DNA from: Eremomyces bilateralis CBS 781.70
Taxonomy: Eukaryota
Reading direction: 5' to 3' (one strand)
NCBI GenBank assembly: GCA_010015585.1
Contig: ML975165.1
Length of the DNA stretch: 64,000 bases
In this document: piece after piece, positions 38,453 to 51,159 of the stretch
How the letters are laid out: the number at the start of each line of letters is the position of its first letter
How positions within the stretch are numbered: position 1 is the stretch's first letter
Translations under genes and position numbers: made by a program
Notes under the pieces: generated by a model
Seen by the model: the letters and a program-made list of their open reading frames with translations, nothing else
The model's database searches: none
What the model was told of the DNA's origin: nothing

Positions 38453-40533
38453 TAGGAAAGAAACCATATGTGATGACTAAATAATGAACCTCTAGTTTCA
38501 ACTTTCAACATAACGACTCCGAATCTAATATCCAGGGGCCCCTTTTACCATACGGTCACATGACTCCAAGTCGTTGTGACAGCCATCATTCGAACGAATC
38601 CTGGAAGTATCAAGCCGAGGGATCTCATTTCATCTTCGGAGTTCGGGCTTTGGGACACGCTACTGACTGGTCATCGGAATCTATGCCCGAGCGACTTGGC
38701 TGAAAGCTCGAAGCTTTGTTCAATGGTTCCAAGACGAACAGGCATCAGCCTCTTATGATGTAATTACTAGTATTAGATACAGCATTAAGGATACCTGCAA
38801 CGTCTTGCCACCCCCATATACCGTCGATTGGAATGAGAAAATGATGTTACATGGTAAGAACTTAAGAGCGAGCCGGATCAACAAGTTACGTACTGTGTAC
38901 GAACCACATTTAAACTTTCCGACAATATCTTGAAATCCAGGGTCCAATGTTCCACACATCCTGCAGCAGTGCAGCTACAGCAGAGGACTGAGAACCCTGT
39001 GGTGCCCAAGAAATTCCTTCCAACCCCCCAATGCAGTCAAGCAGCCTCGCACCGCATCAGATCTGCCTCCCTGCCCACCCACATGGATAGCTCCATCCCG
39101 ACCCTTCCCATCGATCCTAGTAGCCAAGGATCTTCCTCATCCCTCTTCCCCAGGTCGAGCTCCCATTGCTACCAAGAGATGCCACTTCACCCGCGCCGGC
39201 CACGACGACCTGACCGACCAGTTGCCTAATCTCCTCGGCGAAATTCGATAACCAACCGGTGAATATCTGGACGCCTTCAACGGCTGCAACGGCGCCTAGG
39301 CAGACCGCCGTCCTCGTGATGCGCTGGCGTGTCGATCGTGCCGATCCGTGCGCTGTGTTGCCGACACAAGGCCTGTGACAAATTCGGCGAGGGTCGGTGG
39401 TTGGAAGGGAGTTAGCATCAGTAAGCAGGCGAGTTATCGCGTGGATGGATGAGTGGACGAGGAAAAATGGTGGGAAGAGATCAGATGGTGCGGAGCGTGG
39501 GGAGGAATGGAGCGACATGTTGGTGGTCGTCAGAGGCACTGTACTCGAAACGAAATCGATGTTTGCATTAATTGGATGATCACCGTCTCAGTGTGATCGA
39601 TATCTCAATGATCGATGAGCCTGATTCGCACAAGCATGTGTGCGGTGATCTGTCGTTTCACGTCGACTCGAGACGGAGATACCTAGCGTACAAATGCACA
39701 TGAGATAATAAGGATTGGCATCCTGGAAAACGCAGATCGCAGAAACGGACGACCAAGAAGCACCCGGCTGTCCCGAAGACATGCGGAACCCCCTAATCTG
39801 ATGGTACAGGTTGTTGTTGAAGGCCATGGAATGTCATTACCATGGAAGGGGGCGATTGGTTTCCACGCTCGTCCACCAGCAATCACACGTCCCGTTCCAC
39901 AGATGCTGCTCGACATCCGAGATGCCAGCAAAACCCAATCGGTAGCCAGAAGAATACTGAGAAGTTCGTGCAAACCCAATGATGCCATCCGTCCAGTCCG
40001 TCCCGTTACCTTTTTGGTGTGCCGCGTGAACCAGAAAAGCCCGAAAGATGAGGATACCATATCCTTCCCACACCTGTCTCATAAACGCCCTGATGTGGAT
40101 GATGCATTAGAGGAAATAAACTGATGGAAGCTATGATAACGCCGGATATGAATGGTTCGGGAACCATGTTGGAATAGTGGCAAAGGGCCCTCGGAACCGA
40201 GAGGATGCAGCGCTAGAAGTTCGAGGAAGAAATAGCAAGGCAGGTTGGTTGGTCGGATGGTCGAGAATCGAGGGGAATTGTGTCATATTCCCCGGAAAAG
40301 TTGTGATTGGATGGATGGAGAGGCAGCGCCATGCTGCGGGAGATTGGTTGTCGTTTGCGAACAATGATTTGTTGCAGGGTTGTTCAGTGAACGATAGAAG
40401 GTTCATCAGATATTCACGCGTTTTGGGACGCTCGAGAATGTGCCCCTCTGCCCATGATTTTGCGTGGATCGTACATGGAGGCCGTGGGTATCGTGGAGGT
40501 GGTTGTTTGAAATGGGTGGTTCGGGTGGTCGCT

Positions 40534-41180
40534 TCATTTTACCCCTCTTGATTTGCCTTTGCCAGGTTTTGAGGAGCTTGATGTTGATGTAATTTTGCTT
40601 GCGGCCATGAGGTCGCCGATGTATCTTCAATCGCGTTAGTATTGACCTTCGAGATTTGATAAGAAGTAATGACGTACGATTGTAGGAAGTTGTTCCCGCT
40701 CTCCAGCTTGTCGTGTTCTGTTCGTATCGACTCGACTTGCTCGACGATATCCGATAACGTTTGTTGGAGAACCTTTGATTGTCTATAACGGTTAGCAAAC
40801 CAGCGCGCAAATTGTGGTGGTTTCGAGCCGACATACTCAATAAGTGCCTGGCGCGCATCCTCTCCCATCCTATCAATCTCTTCACTACTTCTCCGCGGGC
40901 TCATTGTCCGTGCGTCTCCCTCGTCATACTCCTCCTCGTTAATCTCGATCTCGATATTAGGGGTGTCTCTCGACACGATGATGGAGCTGCTATGTTTTCG
41001 AGCGAGGTCCGGTCGCGATAGTGTCCGGTGCTGTGGTCTTCGCACCCCAGAATCGGTTGACGATGGTGAGGCGTCGCGGTCGACTTCGGAGTCGACGCTC
41101 CATTTGCGGTCGGATGAGGAGGCGTGGGCGGATGTAGGGATTGAGGATCGCGCAGTCCCGGAGGACGTCGGTGATGGCAT
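40534..41180 (-). CDS. Short coiled-coil protein (SCOC/Slo1, DUF2205-like; often auto-annotated as bZIP); exons 41180-40837, 40782-40678, 40624-40534
   Basis: DARTMSPRRSSEEI..ARQALIE|QSKVLQQTL..VESIRTEHDKLESGNNFLQS|YIGDLM. Canonical introns. Confidence 0.82.
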
Positions 41181-44100
41181 GGTGCCAGGAAAATGTGAGG
41201 CCCAGAAGAACCGGCGGCAGGTGTGGCGATGTCGGGAGTCCAAGGTAGATTAGGGTATGAGACCTTGGCGACTCTTTAGAATTAAGTATGTGAGGATATA
41301 ATTATAGAGGAAGAAGTAGGAATCTGAGAATTCCAGATGCACAAACCCCTCCTAGAGGGAAGACCCTTCGTAGTATGTAGGAGGTGAGGATGGTTTTTCG
41401 GTGTGGGAGGAAGAACTGAAGAAGGGTTCTCCAGTTTGTCGTCGAAGACCCTGAAGCGGGTGGGCTGTGATGGAACCTGACGCGACTTTCAACCCAACAG
41501 AGACGAGCCGACAAGGAAATGCCGACGCTCGGAGGGATAAATATCGGAAACTCTTGGGAAAAGATGTCCAGTTATTTCATCCTTTCACCCAAAAAGGGTA
41601 TGCGATTGACGAGGGAAGATGGTTCGAAAGCTCCGCGGACTGAAAGCTGGTCACGCTGGGCGACGCTGCACTCAAAGATCCGTTCAGCCCGGTCCCAGGG
41701 TTAGCACTTAGCAGTGGGCGGCGTCGAAACTATCTCGTGCGGGGTGGAGTCGTGCGTGAGTTTATCTAGCTTTCCTGCAGCACAGCCAGATTGATAATCG
41801 GGGTCTACCCGGTTCCTTAGTCGGATCCGGTTCTGCGATGGGCGAATGCGTGCTGGATGGACAACTTCCAAAAGGTACGGACCATAGATATATGGATGGG
41901 ACTATGGAGAAGCGAGGGAAGCTCGACGCCAAATTCTTAGGGGGATGACGGCAGTTTTCTTGGGTTGCGCTCCGCCAGCCCGTCTGACTCAAGACGTGGA
42001 GAGATCAGCACCCGAGCAACGAAAAAGAGGCGGGCGTGGGGTCCTGTCGTTGGTCGGTTGCATCAGACGCTCATCACGGAAAGGGATGGCAAGTCTCTAC
42101 GGCAATGATGTGCTTAGTAGACGAAGCGTCCGTTGGATGGACGGCCAGCGATTGATGCGCTTTCGCCTGCCGGTCAGATGAGGAACAACCTAAGTCTACG
42201 GAATAGGGAGGAATTGGGGAGGAAATAGGCAGCGTGGATTCGGTAGTACGGTAGAGAAGGCGAGATGGCACGCTACGCAATAGCAACGGTAACTACGGGA
42301 CCTGCGGTTGGACTCGGTGCAGGCTGTGTCGTGACTTATGAACGAAGGCCACTGGAGTTGGGATTTTTTTTCAGTTCTTCTTTGGCCGACCCAGTGATCT
42401 GACGATAGCTTCCTGAATGGAGAAAAGAAGGGCGGAGCAGCCAGGACCGTTGGAGCAGATCTTCTAGCAAATCTCCCACTACAAATTATGCGACTGGACC
42501 CCGAAATGGGGGACGAATTGGGTGCCGAGAGGTGAAACCTTTCCACCTACAGTCTACAACCAAGCGGTAGAGCCCTGTAGGCCGTAGAGGACCCGAGGCA
42601 AGGGAGAGCAATAGAAGGGTAAATCTGATTCGTATAGGGGATGCTTTGTGCGAGGTTAGGCCTGTAAGTTGTCACTGTATGAGATGTCATCTGCGGTCTA
42701 GGGGGCAGAACAGCTAAAGTCTGCTTGATGGAGAGGATGATCAGCGGGCGCAAGGACGGCAATGACATCGCCGGAGGGTAAAAAAGAGAAAGGGGTCCAA
42801 CCGAGTCGTAGATTGATGGGCTTATGCGCCGGTAGATCCTGTTTTCGGGGTGGCCAATCCAAGTCGACGGGGGGTTTGTCCATGTGTCGATAAAGAACTT
42901 CATATCCGTTGGGACTTGGGGTGGGTGCTTGGGGCAGTGCATGTGCAAAGGCGGCGAAAGTCACGATGAATCCCACGATACACACATATACAGATTTCCG
43001 ATGATGTCGATTTGGCCACTCTGCTGGGCCCAGGACTCTGGAGAAGTGTAAACCGAAAACAGTTGGCTCGTCCAGAGTTTCGACGGTTCAACGCGGCGAT
43101 GCAGGAATGGGCTGAGGGGTGCAGAATGAAGGGCGCTTAAAAAGCGCCACCGTCGGATATTGGGCCTCTTCCCTCTCTTGTTTCTCACCAGTGACCAGTC
43201 TCAGTCTTATAACGCTTGGTTAGTGATTAATCTACTACCGTTTCCGGAGTACAGTAGGTACTCTACGCGGTACACAAGCCTCTTCCCCGGGACGCCAGTA
43301 CGCCACTGCATGACCTTTGTCCAGTGAGCAGGGAGGGTGTAATATGGAACATACCCTCTGAAACACATCAAGGTATTGATGATATATTCGAAATAGGACT
43401 ATTCCAACATACAGTGTAACATATTGTGCATCTCTACAACATGGTGACTGGTCTCTTCATCTGACGACAGGATCGCCATCTTTAGCCCTGTCTCGAAATG
43501 AAGGTTCTCCCCGGCTCTCCTCTTCGTTGCCCAGCCTGAAGCATCAAGCAACTGAGCGACCCGCAATACGAGGCGAAGTACGGTGATCGACGAGCGTGCT
43601 GTCCAGTCGGCGAGACAGCGACCAACCCGATGGTGCACTGTTGTTAGCGCCGGGGAGGGAAAGGCAGTGACGGCACTCTACTCACTCTAGGGCCTTTTAG
43701 CGCCACCTTCTCTGGGCTCTACAGAGTACAGGGTCTACAGGGTCTACTGGGTTACGAGTTTACAACATCCGGGTTACGACGTCTAATATTTAGGCGTTGC
43801 AGGCGAATCACCGCCGTCACTGATCATTTCTCACTTTCTCATGGCCGGAGAAGTGGAGAGAGCAAGTACCCCTGTCCAGCAGGAAACACCCCTGTCTTTC
43901 CCAGTTCCGGAATCCCGGTGGCTCCTTTCCCCATGAAAGCCGCAATGACGTCGTTGATGCTTGGCAGTTCCCTGGAGAACGAATCGCTCGCCGGTCCCAC
44001 GTTTTCGTCTTTCTGCTTGGCTGCTTCCACGCCTCCCCGTTGCTCTTCCTTGTCTATTCTCTCCCTCATTTTTCCCCCATCTCCATACCCTACAATGATA

Positions 44101-45876
44101 CAATCTAATCGCCCATCACTCATGCAGTCAGGAAATTTGTCCGTAAGCCGTAATGGTCGATCATCACTGTCTTGATCTCTGGAATTCAGATCCCATGTCG
44201 GTTCTCACACGCATAAATCGTAAATGTCCTCCTTAATGACTATCTTTGGATCCCGTACCACCTTACCTCGCAAGTCAATTATCATTTATCCGACTTCCGA
44301 GTTCAATCGCAAGCCTGTCGCTTGAGGCTCATCATTTTCGCCTCAGGGTCCTATCTTCCTCGGCGCACTTGTCTTCTAGCGTTTGCACCATTCCACCATC
44401 GTACTGTACGATGAATGGTCGTCTGCCGTGGCTCCCACGTTGATGTATCTGGCCCCTTTCCCAGATTCACCATCGATTCCTAACTCGATCCGACCAAGCT
44501 CGTGTGGACCGCCGCCGCTTTTGCACGACACTTGAGTGCTTGACCCTTCACCGTCCAGTTAGATCGTGCGCGGCGTCTGTCCCGTTTCTTGACTCAGCAA
44601 AAACACGCGAAATATCGTCAATATCGTGCAGTACAGCAGCAGAGGCTAGAGAATGTGCACTTCTTCGAGCGCATGAGCGATGTGCCGCACGCCTGTACGA
44701 CAATGCAATGCAGAATGCGGGCTGCGGCTCCGTTTGATTCCGGGCTTCCTGACCGCCTGGTTCAGGCGAGGGTAGCCCAACTCCCAAGGTCAGCTGCATG
44801 CTTGGTGGTGCCCACGTGTTTGGTGGATCTGATCATGGACGCGCTTCCATGTCTCAGTGTCTGCCGTCTGGTGGCTGCCATAGTGCCATTCGGCGGGAAA
44901 ATCTGTGTTGATGGAGGAGCGTTTGACTGCCAGGAAATGCTGGGTAATAATGAACATGTCTAGTAGACAGACTAACTTGAACAAGCAGCACAATAAGTTA
45001 CCATTGACGGGCCGGCCGGGAATCGTGATTTCCTGATAGCAGTAGAGGCGCACTGCCAGGGCTTCGGGACTTGGGTTCATTAACTTCATTTAGACTTATT
45101 ATTAGAGGTTCCGAGACGCCGCAAATAACCTTCTAGAAACGTATCATCATGAGCCTCCAACCTCTGAAGAGTCTGAACATATAACGATCGCCGTCTTGGT
45201 GTTGCTGCCCCTGCATAACCAACTTCATAAACAAACGTAAGTGAGACTCCCTCCTTCTCCGGCCGATTTCCCACCCTTCATTTCCGTCGAACAGCGATCG
45301 TCAAATGATGAGCAACGCTGGGGCCATATGAGGAGCGAGGGATGTCCGTTGCGTGTCATTCCTTGACCTGCACGGGACTTCTCGGTTCTCCGATGCTTTC
45401 GCAACCAGCTTTAATCTAAAAAAAAATCTTCTCAATTTTGCCTGAGATGATCGTCATGTGGATGGGGTGGAACCGTTGAAGGGTGGTGGCATTTCGGATG
45501 CGCCTGAAGCTATGAACGTGATACTGACGATCGAAGCTGCAGGACGCGCCCCTGATTGACGGTGGAGGGTGGAGAGGGAGAACGTCGTGATACTCCGAGA
45601 GGACTGCGAACACCGCAGAATTGAGGATAGGATACATCATTCTAGCCTGATAGGGCAGCTACGTACGGATTCTGCACGATTTCTAGGAAAGTCACTTTTT
45701 TGGTCTTTTTATCGACTCGTGGGGAGTCCGTCCGCCGTCCGGTGTTCAAAGGATCCCCACCCTGCGTCTTCCACTCAACCGGTAAAAGGAAGCATTAAAC
45801 CCCTTCCAATCCATCCCTTCCATCACAGGAGTGACGAGACGTGGCTGACACTCGATCCCTCCCGGAGGAATCATTC

Positions 45877-48800
45877 TCAATATCCACCGCCCCTCCTTCC
45901 TCCGTACCCGCCCTCATTTTCCCGCCGCCCATACTCCTCATCATCTCCCCTCCCATAGCTTCCCCCTTGGCTGTACCCCCCGCCTCCACCCCCAGAATAC
46001 TCACTCCCCCCACCATACCCTCCCGCCTGCCTCTCCTGCGCATACTCCCCTCCCTGCTTCCCATACGTGCCCCCCCCTCCATACGTCGCCCCACTCCCCT
46101 CATTATACCCGCCCCGCCCCTCATACGCCCCACTCCCCTCATTACACCCGCCCCGCCCACCATACCCCCCGCCACTCCGCCCCGTCTCATACTCCCCCGT
46201 CGAGTAACTCCCCTGCCCATACGTCCCCGACCCCGCGCCCAGCTCGCTCTCCTCGCGCCGCGATTCGTTGTAGCCGCCGCGCCCGCCGTAGCCGCCCTCG
46301 TCGTCGCGGCGGTAGGTGGAGGAGCTATATTCGGGCTCCGCGCCGCGGGAGTACTGCGCGGATGAGCTGTGCTCGCGGCTTTCTTCGTTGTACCCGCCAC
46401 GGCCTTGGTAGCCGCTAGAGGAGTGGGAGGCGGACTCGTTGTAGCCACCGCGACCTTCGTAGCCGCCAGAGCCGTAGCGATGGGTTTCGTGTTTGTCGTG
46501 TTTGTCGTGTTTGTCATGCTTGCCGTACTTGCCGTGCTTGTCGTCGCTTGAGTCGTTGGAGTCATCGTCCGAGTCCTTGCTATAGTCGCCGTGCTTCTTC
46601 TCTTCTTTCTCGCGGCGCTTGCGCTCTTTCTTGGCATAGTCGTCTTCGTCATCGGACTTGTTCTTGTAAGAGGAGCCGCCGTGGGTGCTGCGAGAAGATC
46701 AGTAAGTGGTCAGAGAAATGGGGTCAGGATTATGGTTGGTTAGCTGCGGGGGAAGACGTACCGAGATTCGGTCTGGTATGAACGAGTAGATCCACTGTAG
46801 CTGGTCTGAGTATGGCTGCTGTACTCCTCACGGTGACCGCCGCTTGGATATTCCGTGTGGCGATACTCCGCCTGTTCATGGCGGCTTTTGTCGTCGTACC
46901 GTCCACCCTGATGATGCCCCGACTCGCTGTACTTGGTCGTGTAGCTGCCATCGTCATGATGCTCCTTCTTCTTCGACTTCTTATGCTCGTCCTTCGGCTT
47001 GTCGAAGGCACCAGAGAGTAGGCTCCCGCCAACATCGCCGACAAGACCTCCGAGCATGCTGCCGAGGACCCCTCCGCCAACCGCCTCACCCGCAGCCTTG
47101 CCAACATGGTCCATCGGAGACTTTCCAGGGCGTCCACTTCCACTACCGCCACCTCCCAACAGGTTCTGAATACCGCCAATGGCGCCCGAGCTCGTCGCCG
47201 TCCCAGCGGTCGGCAGACCCAGCGGTTTCCCACAGCCGTGCCCCTTGTCGTGCACGCCCTCCTTATGATTGCGGCCGGCCTGGACCCCCTCGCGGCTCAA
47301 CTTCCCGCGCAGATCCTGGCGCGACCGCTCGGACTCGCCGCGCCACCACTCCTCCACGGTGCAGAACATGATCTGGCGGCCCTCGTGCGCGCCGTCCTCC
47401 CCGTGGTCGCGCAGGGCGGGGTGGTGGAAGACGCCGCCGATGATGCGATTGATGGTGCGGCCGACGTCGGCGCGCTCGTCGTCCCAGCAGTCCATGAGCT
47501 GGGGGACGACCCATTTGACGATGGCGGTGGCGGTCTTGCCGGCGGGCTCGTTGAGGACATTGGAGAAGTGGTCCTTGGACAGCATGGAGTGGGTAGGGTC
47601 GGTGCAAGAGTCGTTGTTGAAGACGATGTGCTGTGCCTCACGGGACGAGGTGATGACTTCACTGCTACCGGTGGCGAGCTCGTTCTTGATTTGGCTCATG
47701 ATGGGGAGGACAAACGGAGCGAGTAGGGAGAAGACGAAGAGGTTGAGTTGCTCGGTGAATTGCTCGAGAAGGTCGGGAAGAATAGGGATCTTCTCGATCG
47801 TCTCGGTGATGCTGTGCATGATCTCATCGTGGTACGCCATGATCGGATAGACCTGCGTCTTCATGATCTCGCTGATTTGGCGCGTAAACTCCTCCGGCTG
47901 CTTCGGCGAGATGTTCATGTTCTGCATCTGAGCAGCAGCCGCATTCGCCTGGAGATCGTCGGCCTTCTTCTTCTCGTCGTCGCCGCCAAACAGACCGCTG
48001 GGAAGCTTGTCGAGGAAATCCTTGAGCATGCTCCCATTCTGTTGCTGTTGAGTCGAGTTCATGGTGCCTTCGAGCTCATCCATTTCGGATTGGGTCACTT
48101 TGTCCGACACTTCGCCCATCACGGAGTGGAGGAAGTCAACACCTCCGAACGTTCCAGTCACAATCGGGTAGACGGCGTCACGAGCTCCCTGGATTTGGAC
48201 CTGAGTACGCCGGCCAACGTGGGGGAAGACGTCACGCTCGCCCAGCTCAATGAGAGCCAGCTCCGTGTAGTTGGAATGCGCAGAGTAGTCTTGATTGTTG
48301 TTAGCGTTTACCAATTATTTATCATGGGTTACATACCTTCCAAGCAGTGCAGACCAGTGCCCATCAGTCGCAGCGCTTCCCAAAGCTCGTCCTTGTTTTT
48401 GCTTCGGGCATACCTGCGACCAAGATCGATGGAGCGTCCAAAGAGATCTCGAATAAGGCCGGAAGAAGTCGCAATGCCAAGGTCTTCGGAGGCAATGTAG
48501 TTCTTGAGGCCTGTACGTTGATCAATGTCCAGCTCACGGCGCTCGTCGACTGGGCCACGAAGCCTGGGATCGTAGCGACGAGCATCTAAGTTGTCCGCAT
48601 AATCCTTTGGGTTATCAATGTGCTCTTCCGGACGGTAGCAGCCCAGCCTCTCCTCGGTGACTTCGAACTCGCGGGTGCCAAATCCAAAGCTAAGGAACCC
48701 GAGAATCCAGAGAAGGAGGCGGATAGCCTATGAACGAAAGCTTAGTACGGACGATTTATCAAGGACATACCAATGACATACCTCGCCGCTAACGTGCTTC

Positions 48801-49081
48801 ACGGTGCCAACATCGATTGCCTGAGAGTAGTCACGTAGCCAGTTCCCAAAATACACGCGCTTGACGTCCATCTTGGAGAACTTCTTGCCGCCGGCCGAGC
48901 GGGCCATCAGCAAACCAAGCAGGGTGTCTTCGATGTCGCCATGACGCCAGTTCTGACCTTCGATCTTGGAGATGGAGGCAATGTTTCCGGCACCAAAGGC
49001 ATTGGCAGGGCGAGCTTGCAGGATGAGGATCACGATGATGCTGCTCAGCAGGAAAAAAGAGGGGGAGATACGGATCGCCAT
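45877..49081 (-). CDS. het-c: Heterokaryon incompatibility protein HET-C family, with signal peptide and long Gly/Tyr/Arg-rich tail; exons 49081-48782, 48727-48337, 48289-46762, 46687-45877
   Basis: AFGAGNIASISKIEGQNWRHGDIED, VYFGNWLRDYSQAIDVG, RPEEHIDNPKDYAD, GTGLHCLE|DYSAHSNYTELAL, TGTFGGVDFLHS, DPTHSMLSKDHFSN. The last exon is open to TGA at 45877-79. Confidence 0.93.
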
Positions 49082-49717
49082 GGTGGGGGTGATGACAGAG
49101 GTCAATGTGTGATTATAGCGCGGGGTGCCTTTTAGGCTGAGGGATGTTGTTGTGTTTGTAACTGATATGGAAGGGAGATGGGAGATAAACAAGGGAGGAT
49201 GGATTTGGATGGTAGAAGGGTCCTGAGAGAACCAAAAATCAGAGTGCGGGAGAGGAGGTAGAAAGTGAAAGTTGTGTGTGGGTGAATGCGGGGAGATTGG
49301 GATGTGAGGTCACAGTATGAGCCCTTCGGTTTCACGTTGCTGCAAAGGTGGGGTGTTGCTCAGGGGTTACGTGTCTCATTTCTCTCATAGCATCGCATAG
49401 CAACTCAACATCTATCAACATTGTAAAGTAGCAACAAAACGCCCATATCAGATACAGTTCCCAGCTTGATGATTCGTCGTTGAAGTCATCCTTCATCAGA
49501 AATGTGCGTATAAGGGATATATCCATCCAGTCCTCCCCAATTCCTTCCAGCAGGTCCTGTCATGGCTCTATCCCTCTCTCCACCACCAACATAGGCTTGA
49601 TGTGATGAATCCATCATTGACTACTTACTCAACCGATCGGGAAGTACTCCCACTCAGGCGTAAACCTCTCGTCCTAAAGCCACCATTAATCGTTAATCCC
49701 GGGGCACTGGGAAGAGG

Positions 49718-50760
49718 CTACCACGCGTCCAGCTGCCCGTCCTGGGTGGTGATGGTTCCTTCGAGTTTTTTGACATGCTCTTTCTGGTATCGCATGTGCT
49801 GTGTGGCCTTTGTGAAGACGTCGTGCTGGAGGTCCTTATGCGAGCACATTACATTCCAACACGCCGGTTAGGCTTTCTCTTAGAAGGTCAGGGCGACAAA
49901 TTGTGAGAGGATGTCCCGGGATTGCTCCGGCTGCTCTTCCCATGTACTGGAATTCTTGTACAGGACCAATGCCGCTGCAGCAATGTGCTCGTGTTCCTCA
50001 TCCGGCGTGCGACCATAGGCGAACATGATCACTCCAAACGCGTCCTGGAATCTTGTCAGCGCGAAGTCTTCAAGTGACGCCATGTTCAGGTACTGGGGTA
50101 GAAGGGAAACCTCGCAATGCGCCCTCACTACTCGGCCGATGCCATAGAGGGTGATCCCCGAACCCTCCTGCTTGCAGTTCTCGATGAGGAGTTGGGTTAT
50201 TGGTCAGATCGTAGGCGGTTTCGGCTCGTCGTTTAGGTACCTCGAAACTAGCAATTGGCGTGAGAGGTCCATCGGTCGGCGAAGGAGGAGCTAGCTCTTC
50301 TGCGCTATCATCGATATCGCTATCGGATTCATCTGATGAAGGTGTCAGCTGATATAACTTATATCAATAGATTCTAGCTGGTAAGGTCGATGATGCGGTC
50401 CCGAGGTTCTTTCCATGACTCGTTCAGAACTGCCTCGATGTACCGGGCTCCGCTACCTTTCAGGACGGACTCATGTACGTAGTACACTTTCCTCTCGCTG
50501 TCGACAAGGATCTGGATCATATCCCCGGTGTCAGTTTTGCTGGGTTATCAAGTCAGTTCTCTTCAATGTCCGCTCAGTTATGTCAGGTTACTTTGCCTCC
50601 CAAGCTACCCAACACATGGGCATTTGCATGTTGGTGCGGTGAAAAGGATTCAGGTCACCCTTATTCGCGCTCACCTGAGCTGGTATAAAATCGGAAGCCA
50701 TAAAGTCGATAAACAGAGGAACCTGGTGGATGAACGGAAGGCCGACCACTGGTTCTGCAT
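49718..50760 (-). pseudogene. Disrupted BTB/POZ-domain gene (copy B)
   Basis: MIQILVDSERKVYYVHESVLKGSGARYIEAVLNESWKEPRDRIIDL, then TAG at 50374-76. Downstream GPLTPI and LYGIGRVVRAHCEVSLLPQYLNMASLEDFAL lie in shifted frames, with further stops. Confidence 0.65.
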
Positions 50761-51159
50761 GGAAGTTGATGGGGAAATATTGTTTGGAGATGGCGGATTT
50801 GGGGATCTAAGCGAACGATGGAATTATCTAACTAGGTGCCAGCGATAACACATATCTTCACCATTATCTCCTGTTGATAATGGTAGGGAAAGGCGGTTTG
50901 GAAATCATCACTCCTCACGCCTGGACCATCCTCACAAGCAGTCACCGGGATACGTTCTGGGCAATACAGGATAGCAGAGCATATCAAGGGGGATTATTGT
51001 TCTACAGGATATTGCACTATGAGTTTTATGCCGCCCATGAGGACTGATTCTGTAAGAAGGCTCAGATGTGCCTTCAGTGAGAATAGACTTCAGGAATAGC
51101 GTCTCTGGTGTCTTTGCACTCAATTTTTCTGGATTAGAACTTCTGTGAGGGGAATGACC

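Noticed and set aside
38576..40400. Several short ORFs right of the transposon
   Set aside because: No recognisable domain or consistent splice model.
45795..46652. 285-aa minus ORF and Pro-rich plus ORFs
   Set aside because: Alternative frames of the low-complexity last exon of het-c; the spliced frame ends at 45877.
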